Assembly (NCBI GenBank): GCA_051294375.1
Contig: CM119270.1
Coordinates: 16,204,019 to 16,268,018, forward strand
Reading direction: 5' to 3'
Origin: Paraspadella gotoi
Taxonomy: Eukaryota > Animalia > Chaetognatha
DNA: 64,000 nucleotides
Positions 38,436 to 50,538 of this stretch are shown one piece after another (position 1 is the stretch's first letter; the number at the start of each line of letters is the position of its first letter). Below the pieces are notes generated by a model, which saw nothing but the letters and a program-made list of their open reading frames with translations, made no database searches and was not told the origin of the DNA. Position numbers and translations under genes: made by a program.

Positions 38436-39914
38436 CCCTCTGACACCTACCTACCTCCACCTCTCTAGGCGGTGACGACCTCACCCAACTCTCAGCGGCG
38501 ACCCTTGGTCACGTGACTCACCCCTCGCGATTTCCCCCGATTCTCCCGCCAAAAGAAGAGGAGTCGCTCACTCACGACATCAGGTGAGGCGGGACCCAGG
38601 AGTGAGGGATGTCATTGGGTTAGAGTGATTTTTAGGATAAGGTAATTTCCAGTAATTTAAAGTTTGATCGAAAGAGAGTTTTATAAGCAAAGAAAATAAC
38701 CCTAATGTCACAGAAGAAACAAATGAGAAACATATGATTTGATTATGATCCGAATAACTTGCAGATAATTTGTTTGTACAGACGCGTTAGTTTGTTTTCG
38801 TCAACAATTTTCAACATTATTCTTTTAAAAACCGTATATTAAAAATATACAGGTTTTATTTACGGACAGTACCGTTTTGGAAACGCTGAAGTTTTAAATT
38901 TACATGTACATTTACATACGCCTGGTTTCGACCGAAATATAAATCTTCTAAAATTCCTCTTCCAGAGACTGGCTCCCTTTGCTTCACAACAGCAAGAAGC
39001 ACATCGACCCAGTGAGACTCAGAGAACAAAAGTTGAAGGGAATCAAAAGGATTCTTCACAAAATGCGATTCGAACGAACGGCGGCCGACGTCGACGAAAT
39101 TCACGAGGGACTTAAACTCTTTCCCATCCTCACCAAGCAGGTGGGTAACTCTTGTTCATCCTCACCAAGCAGGTTGGTAATTTTGGTTCATCCTCAACAA
39201 GCAGGTAGGTAGGTCTTGTTCATCCTCGCCAAGCAGATGGGTAATTTTTGTTCATCCTCACCAAGCAGGTTACTAGGTCCTCGTTTAAAAACCATAATCT
39301 TATTTGCATATGGTAAAGAGATGATTTTTTGATTAAATACAGAATAAAAATAAATGTGTTTAGAAATTAGAACAATTTATAAGAAAACATTTTACTACGG
39401 TTTTTGTGCATAATATAAACTGTTCGACATTAAATTTCTGAGGCAATGATTATTATTATTTTAAAATTATCAGAATGCAATTGAAGAGCTTCGTCTCATC
39501 CTTTCATAAACATTGAACCTTTCGCTTAATTAAAATGTTACATCTTTAATGAAACCGTTGCTGTTCTTGTATTTAACGATTGTGTTAATATCGTTTTTGT
39601 TATTAATAAAAAAAAATGTGAGGCATATTCACTTTAAAAAAAAAGCGTAAAGCGTGAAACACTAACACGCTTAAGTATTTTAAATTACGTCTTAGCCACA
39701 ACAGTCATGAGTCAAGACAAATTAGGGCGTCTTTTATCTTTTATGACCACCAGGTGTCTCCAGCGGTTTTGAGAGAATTGTGCGTCGTGGCTCAGATCGA
39801 CGAATGGCAAGAAGCGGACATCACCATATTTGGCACGACGGGATTCCATATCATTCTCAGAGGTACTTAGGTCGAATTGACTGGGTCGAATAGTGAATTT
39901 ATAAGACTTTGAAT

Positions 39915-39972
<58 letters not shown>

Positions 39973-41791
39973 TCAAGTGTCCCCTCTACATTTTTCAGGA
40001 TCTGTGACTCCTTACGCGATTCCATTCGTAAAGACGCAAACTAATTCTCACGAATTCGAGGCTCCGACGCCAGAACCGTCGGAAGTAGTTGGTGAGGGGA
40101 AAACAATAAATTATTTTATCAAATCAATCAATCAATTGAAATGCGTTGGTCCCTTAGGAGCGAGGCGGAAGGGGGCTAATGGAAAAATCAAATATTAATC
40201 CCCAATATATCGTGACGAAAAAAGATATAGAGTTAAAATATTTAAAAAAATTGAATTGTTTAAAAATTTGAATTGAGAAAAGTGTAGCCTTTTAAACTTA
40301 CCATCGTATCCAAATAAGTTTAGAAGTTTAATCATGTCATGATGCTAAATTTATATGTAATAAAACACGACAGATTTGACGCAAAATTTTTGGCAGAAGA
40401 TGCATATTTATTTAATTATGGTCTTGTGGTGGTATATTTACACCGCCTCACGTCCACCATCCTAAAGCCAAATCCATTGGCTCAGAGGGGGAACACACCA
40501 TCCCAGGCGTAGTGTTCTCATCCTCAGTCCTAATGACTTCCCTCTTAGGGTAACCGCGCCAGTGACTGGAGGCGTCACTGAGGGTCGGAAGCCCCCAAAG
40601 CCAACAGTGAGATGCCCCATCCCAATGGGCATCACAGGCAACCCGGCTGTTGCCATAGTCTATTATTTATTTAATTGCGAACTCTTGTAGTCGGGCATAG
40701 CATATAATCGTGACACCTTCAGTCGTGACCCGGTGGCTCATTGATTAAAGCCATCAGCTCATGAACACAAGGTAACGGGTTCTATCCCAACCTGCCTTGG
40801 GGGCGTGGAAAACTCTCAAGCCTGGTTCCAAGCCCAGGACCCGTTCCATGGCTGCTAGAGGAGTAAAAAGAAGTTACGGATAGTCCTCTTCAGCCCACTT
40901 AGCACCTTATCCACATACTTACCCAGGCGAGCTCCGAGTCGGCGACTGCTTCGGCTCATTGACTCGTCTCGAGGACCGCGCTGCCAATTCACGAATTCTC
41001 TCCGTTGTCACAAACGAACCCAATTGTGAATTCCTCAAGATCACTACATCGGACTTTGCCAGCGTGCAAGAGCAGGTCGGGCGTTACCCTAGGAAAAAAT
41101 TTATACCTAAATTAAAGTATGTTCGTACAATTAAATTATTTATAATATTAGTACAATACAAAAAATCTAAATCAGATTATCCAACGTGAACGCGCGGCCA
41201 AAATGAATCTCGTTCAGTCCTGCGAATCTTACCAGATGTGGCCCAAACAACCGGGTAAGTTTTAGTCGTGAGTATAAGGTAAGTTCTTAACGATTTTCTT
41301 AAAAACAAAGTAATAGAGAAAACCAATTTGAAGTCCTTCGCAACTTACCTCTTTTAATCAGTGACAAAGCTGGCCTCCCTCTTGGAGTGGGTGTCCTTTC
41401 CGGCTAACACCGTAGTGGTAAAGGAGGGGCGCCGTTGTCCGTTCTTGGCTTTCATTCGGAGTGGAGAGTGTCACGTGATAAAGAAGCTGACGGGAAAGGA
41501 AAGGATCAATGGACAGAAGCAAGTGAGATTAGATTTTGATAAAAACAAAATGAATATTATTTTTTGGGGCGACGGAACATGATTTTAATCGTTTTATGTA
41601 CATATTTAAATATATGAATTAATAAATATTATTCTTAAACGCACCTCGTATTTTTCCTCCTTCTCGTCTTCCGCTAACTTTTTTCCCTCGTCCTCGTCTT
41701 CATCTTTCTCCTCGTCTTCTTCCTCTTTTTTTTTTACTTCTTTTTTGCTTCGTTTTACTTTTTTTTTATGCTTTGTTCTGTTTCTCGTCTC

Positions 41792-41866
<75 letters not shown>

Positions 41867-42942
41867 CTTTTTTTCCTTACTTATCTGCATCTTTTTCTCC
41901 TTCTTTTTCCTTTTTGTTTTCTTCCTTTCATCTTTCCTCGTTCGTCTTCTCCTTTTTTTCTTTCCTCGTCTTCTTCCTCTTTCCTCGTTCTTTTCAACTT
42001 TCATCGTTCTCTTCCTTTTCCTTCCCTTCTTCCTCTGCCCTCTTTCCTTGCCTTCTTCCACTTTCCTCGTTCTCTTCCTCTTTCCTCGTTCTCTTCCTCT
42101 TTCCCCTTTCCTCGTTCTCTTCCTCTTTCCTCCTCTTCTTCCTTGCCTTCTTCCTCTTTCCTCGTTCTCCTCCACTTTCCTCGTTCTCTTCCTCTTTCCT
42201 CGCCTTCTTTCTCCTCATTCCCTACCTCTTCCCCTTGACTTGATCAGGTGGTGATCGGCAAATTATCGAAGGGTCAATCCTTCGGCGAAATCTCGACTCT
42301 GATGAAGACGCCCGCGGAATTCTCAGTCGTTTCGGCGTCGGACGTCGATTTGGGTCAGTTAACGGGATGAGCTCGATGGCTTAGTTAAACAGGGTTAGTT
42401 CAAATGGTTCAAGTTAAGCGCGAATCGAGGGCTAAGTTTGGATGATTGTATAATATATGTATATTTATAATGTATATATTCGGACGAGATTTGAGATTTG
42501 TGGATGACCGATCGGAATGAAATTGTCAGTGACGAATAAAAGTTAAAACGAAAATCGGCGATCGAGAAAAAATTCAAAATAATTTTATGCGTTTGTGGTT
42601 TCACGTCGTTATCGTTATCGTCAGTTCATTCTTTTCCGCGATTCCCGTCCGTGATCCTCACAGGCGTCGTGAAATCGGACAAACTTCACGATCTCGACGA
42701 AATCACGAAAAACCTTTTGTCTCAAACTTCGTCCGCCATTTTGAAAGACATGAGCAAAGAGAAAATTCACGCCGTTTTTATCCAACAGGTGATCGATTTG
42801 TATTTAATAATTTCGATCGATTGTATTTATTGCGAAATAATTAATTAATATATCTCATTAGGAATTGGACCGAGAATGGAACGAGTTTAAAATGAGTCTC
42901 GTCAATCAAGTCATCGACAAAAAGTTGTCGTCGAAAAGATGA
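37559..42942 (+). CDS. CNBD1: Cyclic nucleotide-binding domain-containing protein 1-like (two cNMP-binding domains), 13 coding exons
   Basis: Phase-consistent GT-AG exon chain read by hand: 37559-37735, 38013-38124, 38238-38327, 38469-38583, 38966-39140, 39754-39862, 39999-40091, 40927-41075, 41176-41254, 41362-41522, 42248-42353, 42664-42788, 42862-42942(TGA). cNMP-fold motifs: FHIILRGSV..LRVGDCFGSL and VVVKEGRRCPFLAFIRSGECHV..LSKGQSFGEIS. N-terminal VDYERLKWI..AHKFFMRHY and C-terminal EWNEFK resemble CNBD1 from memory; orthology not tested by search. Confidence 0.88.
39125..39272 (+). repeat. 32-bp tandem repeat (5 copies) spanning the CNBD1 exon 5 donor
   Basis: CATCCTCACCAAGCAG|GT recurs with junctions at 39141, 39173, 39205, 39237 (AT instead of GT) and 39269. 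Confidence 0.92.
40535..40656 (+). ncRNA. Second twister-like core within a multi-hairpin GC-rich segment
   Basis: GA-CTT, hairpin CCCT/AGGG, TAA, CCGC, GC, P3 CAGTGAC/GTCACTG, P4 GGG/CCC with loop TCGGAAGC, then hairpins GATGCCC/GGGCATC and GGCAAC/GTTGCC. P2 partner absent. Confidence 0.33.
40727..40870 (+). mobile_element. tRNA-derived SINE-like fragment in CNBD1 intron 7
   Basis: GACCCGGTGGCTCATTGATTAAAG (A-box-like), TCAGCTCATGAA (anticodon-arm remnant) and GGGTTCTATCCC (B-box-like, 40777-40788) at tRNA spacing; no closing acceptor stem; followed by a GC-rich body in an AT-rich intron. Confidence 0.6.
40789..40862 (+). ncRNA. Twister ribozyme-like core (degenerate; P1/P2 not intact)
   Basis: GC(40794-5), P3 CTTGGGGG/CTCTCAAG, P4 CCTGG/CCAGG closing the 8-nt loop TTCCAAGC, downstream GAGGA (40858-62) able to form the T1 pseudoknot with TCCA. 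Cleavage-site UAA replaced by CAA; P2 does not pair. Confidence 0.45.
41770..42215. repeat. (GTT)n microsatellite and pyrimidine-rich TTTCCTCGTTCTCTTCCTC repeats in CNBD1 intron 10
   Basis: Directly visible; source of the poly-V/poly-C/poly-L ORFs. Confidence 0.9.
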
Positions 42943-44381
42943 TATTCTTTACAATTTTTCGTTCTTTTCAATTTTATTTTGTGTTCTTCGTAGAACTTAT
43001 TTTTTAAAACAAATGATTACTTGTTTAATTTCACTTGACCACGTGATCTTTATTATTTATTTATATGCTTCTCATCTCTGCTTATTTCCTGATAAATTGA
43101 TTCTCTTGATTTAAATTTTGTACCCTTTTCTATTTATGTTAAATTTATCTTGAATTAAAAAAAGGAAAACTCAACAAATTGTCACCTCCACCCAACCGCG
43201 TTAGACGGCGCTGCTCGTTCCTTTTCCTTCGATTTAACTTCGATTCGTTGTTCATTTGTTGTCGTTGAGACTTTTGCGCATCTCGTATTCCGCGCACGTC
43301 TTCTTTCGAGAGTCCAAATTGCCTTCCTCTCTCTCTCTCTCTCTCGCGCGCCCGGGAGAAAACGGGAGGGANNNNNNNNNNNNNNNNNNNNNNNNNNNNN
43401 NNNNNNNNNNNNNNNNNNNNNNNNNNNNNNNNNNNNNNNNNNNNNNNNNNNNNNNNNNNNNNNNNNNNNNNNNNNNNNNNNNNNNNNNNNNNNNNNNNNN
43501 NNNNNNNNNNNNNNNNNNNNNNNNNNNNNNNNNNNNNNNNNNNNNNNNNNNNNNNNNNNNNNNNNNNNNNNNNNNNNNNNNNNNNNNNNNNNNNNNNNNN
43601 NNNNNNNNNNNNNNNNNNNNNNNNNNNNNNNNNNNNNNNNNNNNNNNNNNNNNNNNNNNNNNNNNNNNNNNNNNNNNNNNNNNNNNNNNNNNNNNNNNNN
43701 NNNNNNNNNNNNNNNNNNNNNNNNNNNNNNNNNNNNNNNNNNNNNNNNNNNNNNNNNNNNNNNNNNNNNNNNNNNNNNNNNNNNNNNNNNNNNNNNNNNN
43801 NNNNNNNNNNNNNNNNNNNNNNNNNNNNNNNNNNNNNNNNNNNNNNNNNNNNNNNNNNNNNNNNNNNNNNNNNNNNNNNNNNNNNNNNNNNNNNNNNNNN
43901 NNNNNNNNNNNNNNNNNNNNNNNNNNNNNNNNNNNNNNNNNNNNNNNNNNNNNNNNNNNNNNNNNNNCGTCGTCGTCGTTGTCGTCGTCGTCGTCGTCGT
44001 CGTTTGTTCTTCTTTTCTTCCTCCTCATCCTTATTTCTTAGTTTGTTCAGTGTTCACGTTAGGGCTTAATACAAATACGTTTTTCCATGAATTGCTATAC
44101 ATACTGATTTAGATTAAAATAACACAAGTGAAAAATAGTAACCGTTCTTAATTGGTTACACAACATTTTTATACAGGTAAGACTTTTGAATTGTTAAGTA
44201 TTTAAATATACTAGCTAATAAAACCGATGTTAAATAACACAATTCTCGCGTTCATCTTGGTCACGATAGTTGTTTTATTATGTATTTAAAACTTTCGCCC
44301 ATAATTTATTCTTTCCTTCACTCATGTATTTTTTAAGCAAAGATCATCTTGTAAAACACGAGAAAACGATGCAAATGAGAT

Positions 44382-44472
<91 letters not shown>

Positions 44473-46149
44473 GTCGACCTGTCATCTTCCCTCTCCGCTT
44501 CTTTAATCAATTTTTCGCCGGAATGAAGGTTATGGGTTTTCAGGTTGAGGTATTTCCGCCGCCGCGGCCTGGAGACGATGCCGCGCCGCCGCCACCGCCA
44601 CCTGCCCCGCCTCCGCCGCCTCCGCCGTCACCGCCTCTGCTGACGCCGCCCGCCGCTGACGCAAGGGCAACGACGTCTCTGCCAAAGCGAGAACACCGAA
44701 TCCTTTGATGCTATGACGTCGAATAATTTTTTTGCCGCTCATACATTTATAATACGTTACAAGATAACATCAAGTTTACACAATACCAAGATACTTGTCT
44801 GTGTATAGGAAACAATTACGTCATTTATTCACTCTCACTTTGAATCTTAACGATTTTTCCAAATAACAATTTACAATTATTAAAATTCTTTCCATTCATT
44901 TTCATTTTCTGATGTCTCCACTTCTACTCCGTCCAACCCTTCGTTCTCCTCTTCTTAACCTTTCCCCTTCTCCCTTCTCCCTTCTCCCTTCTCCCTTCTC
45001 CCTTCTCCCTTTTCCTCTTTCTCCCCACCCTTTTCTCTTTCCACTTCTTTCCCTTACCTTTTTCTCCCCTCTTCCTCACTTTCCAGCTGGTCATCAAATT
45101 TTCAGTCCAAATTGTTGCTGACTTCGTCTCTAATCAATTATCCATTTCCTACAGGTGGCCCCTCCTTTTTTTCTCTTTCTCTTTAAGATTACTTTACCGT
45201 GGCGTTTTGTTAGTCCAGCTGTAACCTCAACTTACCTTACCGATTCTAGCCATTCAATCTTACCACTAATCATTTAGTTTCATATCAATATCGAATTTAT
45301 ATATTCCTTGATCCGAATTTTAATTACTGCCACAACCGCTCGATATTTATCCGCTTGTTCTTCCTCCAATGTCGACCTTACTCAGCATTTGTAACCCAGA
45401 CGGACGCTTACTCTGACCTGCCTAATTTCTNNNNNNNNNNNNNNNNNNNNNNNNNNNNNNNNNNNNNNNNNNNNNNNNNNNNNNNNNNNNNNNNNNNNNN
45501 NNNNNNNNNNNNNNNNNNNNNNNNNNNNNNNNNNNNNNNNNNNNNNNNNNNNNNNNNNNNNNNNNNNNNNNNNNNNNNNNNNNNNNNNNNNNNNNNNNNN
45601 NNNNNNNNNNNNNNNNNNNNNNNNNNNNNNNNNNNNNNNNNNNNNNNNNNNNNNNNNNNNNNNNNNNNNNNNNNNTTTAACTACCAGGGTATTGGGTAAA
45701 AGCGGTAAGAATTGGCATTGTTAAGAAAATTATCAAAGAGGATGAGTTAGCCAGAGTGTCGGAGGTTTGCCGGAAGAGGGTGTGTCAGACGAGGGAGCGT
45801 CGTAAAAGGGAGTGCCGGAAAAAGGAAATACCGGACGTTCCTCCTCGGCGTCAAATCCACTTTGGACTTGAGGAAGGAAAAGACCGCTTAATCTCCTTTA
45901 GTGAGAGACGACGTCGGCGGCGGTCGTTAGGGAGAAGCGTCGGGCAGTCGGGTAAGTTGTTCGGCTAGTGAGTCGGGCAGTCGGGTAAGTTAGTCGGGAA
46001 GTGAGTAGGGTCAAGTAAATGAACAAAGAAAACAGTTTATTGACGACTTGATTTTTGCCAAAAGCGAAACGATGACGTCGCTGTTTCACGATTTTCTCAA
46101 CCAGAAAAAAACTAGCGGACGAAGCGACTCTGGAAATCTTAAGTGACAG

Positions 46150-46764
46150 GACGTACGATCATTTGCACGTGCGAGCGCTTGTGTGACGGACGATTCGGTG
46201 AAAGCGTGGACTCTCGATTTTGACGGGCGAACGGGCAGACTAGAGTGCGGGCAAAGTGGACGAGTGGGCGGTGATCAGTTTGACGTGAGGAGGAAGAGGC
46301 AGATCCTCTTCCCGAGGTGGAAGACGGAATCGGTACAAATGATAAATGACCCGTTAATGCGTATTTATTTCTTTGGACCCCTGACATCTCTCTCTCTCTC
46401 TAATCAGTATCGAACTCCCGACTTGGTCTTTCTTCCTTTTCTTTTTCACATTCACTTTTCTATCTTGAATTAAAACTTACTTACTTAAACGCTGTAGCCA
46501 AACCGAACTTTATTAATTCATAATGGTTTCTTCGCTTCGAATTGTCAGAATCGCTTTGTTAACACAGAAGTTCATTTTTCTTTCTTACTCATTTCTATAT
46601 AGTAAAACGTTAAATATTATACTTTTCGTGTTTCCTTTGTTTTTCCGTTTCAGTATCTGTTTTGTGTTTTTGTTTTTCTTTCCTTAATTCTTTAGTCTTT
46701 TTTCTTTCGTTTTCCTTTTTCGTCAAGATTCATCCCGCGCGAACGCACGTACGAATCGAAACGC
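46150..46764 (+). CDS. Candidate exons of an unidentified gene (46150-46316, 46728-46764)
   Basis: AG/GT-bounded GC-rich segments that join in phase as ..LECGQSGRVGGDQFDVRRKRQILFPR|FIPRERTYESKR; the first donor (GTGGAA) is weak. Confidence 0.3.
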
Positions 46765-47699
46765 GTGAGTCTCGTCTTCAATGACGCCCCCCTCTCCCCT
46801 CCCACTCACCCCAGCCATTACCCTACAGAGACAAACGTTATTTCATTTTAAACTATTTTCATCATTTAATAGTTTAACTCACCTCAGTCTCGACAAACGC
46901 CCAACAAAATTCCAAAAACTCCACCCTGCCCCTGCCATTGATTCCACGTAGATCTGACTAAAACTTTTACTTCCCTTTCGTCCCTTTCCCCCTAACCTCC
47001 CTATCTCCCCTACCCTACTCTCCCACTTCGGAAAAAAAATAACTTAGCCGAAAGCCAGAGTTGGACTCGAAAATCTTTCTCGACTTAAAATTAGATTAAC
47101 TCTCGTGTTTTGAGGCTTCAATCCACGATTTTCCTTTTTCTCGAATTCGGGCCAACGATTTTGGCGTAAAAAAATAAGGTTGAACCGTCGTTCCTTGTCG
47201 TCGATGTCGTTGTTGTCGTTGTCGTCGTTGTTGTCGTTGTCGTCCTAGGGTTTGACGAAAAACATTTGACATATTTATCGTTGTTTTTGTCAAATTTTCG
47301 TCGTCGTTTCGCGTCGCGTCTATGAAGCCGCCGACGATCTCATCGTCGCTGCCGTTGTCATCATCCTCGTCGTCGTCGTCGTCGTCATCGTCATCANNNN
47401 NNNNNNNNNNNNNNNNNNNNNNNNNNNNNNNNNNNNNNNNNNNNNNNNNNNNNNNNNNNNNNNNNNNNNNNNNNNNNNNNNNNNNNNNNNNNNNNNNNNN
47501 NNNNNNNNNNNNNNNNNNNNNNNNNNNNNNNNNNNNNNNNNNNNNNNNNNNNNNNNNNNNNNNNNNNNNNNNNNNNNNNNNNNNNNNNNNNNNNNNNNNN
47601 NNNNNNNNNNNNNNNNNNNNNNNNNNNNNNNNNNNNNNNNAAACTTTTCCGTTAATTAAATTTCAAAAGTTCTAATTTAGGTTTCTTTTTTTGTGGTTG

Positions 47700-47840
47700 A
47701 GTTCTGTTTCGTACTGTTTTGTTCTGATTCGTTCTGTTTTGTTCTGTTTCGTTCTGTTACGTTCTGTTTCCTATCGTTTCGTTCTGATTCGTTGTTTCGT
47801 TCTGTTTCGTTCTGTTTCGTTCTGTTTCATTCTGTTTTGT
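47700..47840. repeat. 10-bp GTTCTGTTTC tandem repeat
   Basis: Directly visible; mirrored at about 52150-52290. Confidence 0.88.
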
Positions 47841-48167
47841 CTCGAGGGAGAAAATGGAACGTTGAGTCGTTTATGCATGAATTAGATTAAACTATTGATG
47901 ATAAAAGATAAGAAACGTTTTAATGTATTTTCGATATCTTAACCATTAGTTTGAAATTTATCTATAAAATATAACGTTGAAAAAGAAAAAAAACTTTATC
48001 ATCTCCAAGGAGAAGAAGTCAAGTTTACTTGAAATAAATATTTATAAATAAATATAAATAAAACCTAATGTCATTTGACTGAACTCGATTCAAGGCTTTG
48101 ATTGTTAGTAAAGTTAAACTGAAACTAAATTTATCTCTTTCCTTCGAGACATCGCCCCAGAAACCTT

Positions 48168-48204
<37 letters not shown>

Positions 48205-49583
48205 NNNNNNNNNNNNNNNNNNNNNNNNNNNNNNNNNNNNNNNNNNNNNNNNNNNNNNNNNNNNNNNNNNNNNNNNNNNNNNNNNNNNNNNNNNNNNNNN
48301 NNNNNNNNNNNNNNNNNNNNNNNNNNNNNNNNNNNNNNNNNNNNNNNNNNNNNNNNNNNNNNNNNNNNNNNNNNNNNNNNNNNNNNNNNNNNNNNNNNNN
48401 NNNNNNNNNNNNNNNNNNNNNNNNNNNNNNNNNNNNNNNNNNNNNNNNNNNNNNNNNNNNNNNNNNNNNNNNNNNNNNNNNNNNNNNNNNNNNNNNNNNN
48501 NNNNNNNNNNNNNNNNNNNNNNNNNNNNNNNNNNNNNNNNNNNNNNNNNNNNNNNNNNNNNNNNNNNNNNNNNNNNNNNNNNNNNNNNNNNNNNNNNNNN
48601 NNNNNNNNNNNNNTTATATACAGGCTTTTGTTTCGCGGGATTGTTTTTATTATCATTCGACAAACTTATTTTGATTTAGATTTTTTTTTAAAGTTAAATT
48701 TTTTAAACTTTAATTTTGAGTAGTTTGAACAAAATTCTTTTATTACTTTTTAGTGCTAGTTCACGTCCATCAAAAACTTCCGGATCCGTTCAAAGGTCCC
48801 TGACGACCTCATCGGATAAGGTGGACGTTCTCAATGAGCCTTTGCACTATTTTCTACGGACTATTCCATGTAACCGAATTTCTAAACACGAAACATTTTT
48901 ACATACAAAATGGGTCCACGCGCCAAGTAAACGTGGGTGAGACTGACGGACCGACCGAAAGCAAGGAGGTCGGAGTCAATGGTTCCGTCGCAGAAAGAAA
49001 TGAGCAAAAGCATCATCAACCCTCCCACCGTTTATCTTTTTTTCTTTCTCTTTCTTTCTTTCTTTCTTTCTTTTTCTTTCTTTCTTTCTTGTTTGCTCTT
49101 TTTTTTTTCTCCGTTGAGACGAGGAGAAGAAAACGAGCGTCTGGGATCGAGACCGAGAGGCGACGCGGTTTCGGGACTCGGCCGGGTGGTGGAGGGGTGA
49201 AGATGAGTCGGTGGGGGTNNNNNNNNNNNNNNNNNNNNNNNNNNNNNNNNNNNNNNNNNNNNNNNNNNNNNNNNNNNNNNNNNNNNNNNNNNNNNNNNNN
49301 NNNNNNNNNNNNNNNNNNNNNNNNNNNNNNNNNNNNNNNNNNNNNNNNNNNNNNNNNNNNNNNNNNNNNNNNNNNNNNNNNNNNNNNNNNNNNNNNNNNN
49401 NNNNNNNNNNNNNNNNNNNNNNNNNNNNNNNNNNNNNNNNNNNNNNNNNNNNNNNNNNNNNNNNCCGCCTCGATTTTATATTTTTTATAGATTTTATTGC
49501 ATTCATACATACACTTATTCATTTTTGCGCCGCATGAATTCTTACTAAAACTTAAGTTATTGTTTTGGTTGCTAATCTCCCTG

Positions 49584-49622
<39 letters not shown>

Positions 49623-50179
49623 NNNNNNNNNNNNNNNNNNNNNNNNNNNNNNNNNNNNNNNNNNNNNNNNNNNNNNNNNNNNNNNNNNNNNNNNNNNNNN
49701 NNNNNNNNNNNNNNNNNNNNNNNNNNNNNNNNNNNNNNNNNNNNNNNNNNNNNNNNNNNNNNNNNNNNNNNNNNNTCTCTCTCTCTCTCCCTCTCTCTCT
49801 CTTTCCTCTCACAAAAAAATTTCAACAGATGTGTCGAGTTATGATATAATCTCCTCTAATGGCAAAATCCCTTTGATGGTATCGGGATTTTTCATCTCTC
49901 ATTCCTTTCCTCTTTTTTCGGTCCTCAGAGTGAAGGAGGAGGAGGAGGAGAAGGAAGAAGAAAAGGAAGAAGAAAAAGAAGAGGAAGAGGAAGAGGTAAT
50001 GAGAGGATTCGCGGTTTCCTAATTCCTCCTATCTAATTTGTCTCTTTTTTTTAAATGAGTACAGAAAGGGACAGAAAAGACTATCAAAGAAAAGAAAGAC
50101 AGAAAGAAAGAAAGAAGGAAGAAGAAGAAAGAAAGAAAGAAGAAGAAAGAAAGAAAAGAAAGAAGAAAGAAAGAAAGAA

Positions 50180-50507
50180 AAAAAAAAGAGACAAATTAGA
50201 TAGGGAGGAATTAGGAAACCGCGATCTCCTCATTACCTCTTCGCTCTTCCTCTTCTTTTTCTTCTTCCTTTTCTTCTTCTTCTCCTCCTCCTCCTCCTTC
50301 ACTCTGAGGACGCGGATTTAAAAAGAGGAAAGGAATGAGAGATGAAATCCCGATACATCAAAGGGATTTTGCCATTAGAGGAGATTAATATCACTAACTC
50401 GACACATCTGTTGAAATTTTTTTGTGAGAGGAAAGAGAGAGAGAGGAGGAGAGAGAGAGAGGGAGAGACGAGAGAGGGAGAGAAGAGAGAGAGAGAAAGA
50501 GAGAGAG

Positions 50508-50538
<31 letters not shown>

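Noticed and set aside
40505-40535. Hammerhead ribozyme on the minus strand (CTGAGGA..GAAC)
   Set aside because: GAAA core is absent and stems II/III cannot be formed convincingly.
40727-40800. Functional tRNA-Met gene
   Set aside because: A and B boxes are degenerate, the acceptor and anticodon stems do not close, and there is no poly-T terminator; treated as a SINE head.
41606-42254. Poly-Cys/Val/Leu/Thr ORFs
   Set aside because: Translations of the intronic (GTT)n microsatellite in CNBD1 intron 10.
44523-44742. Pro-rich or Ala-rich short ORF as a defined gene
   Set aside because: GCC-rich low-complexity patch open in several frames on both strands; strand and frame could not be determined, although an exon is not excluded.
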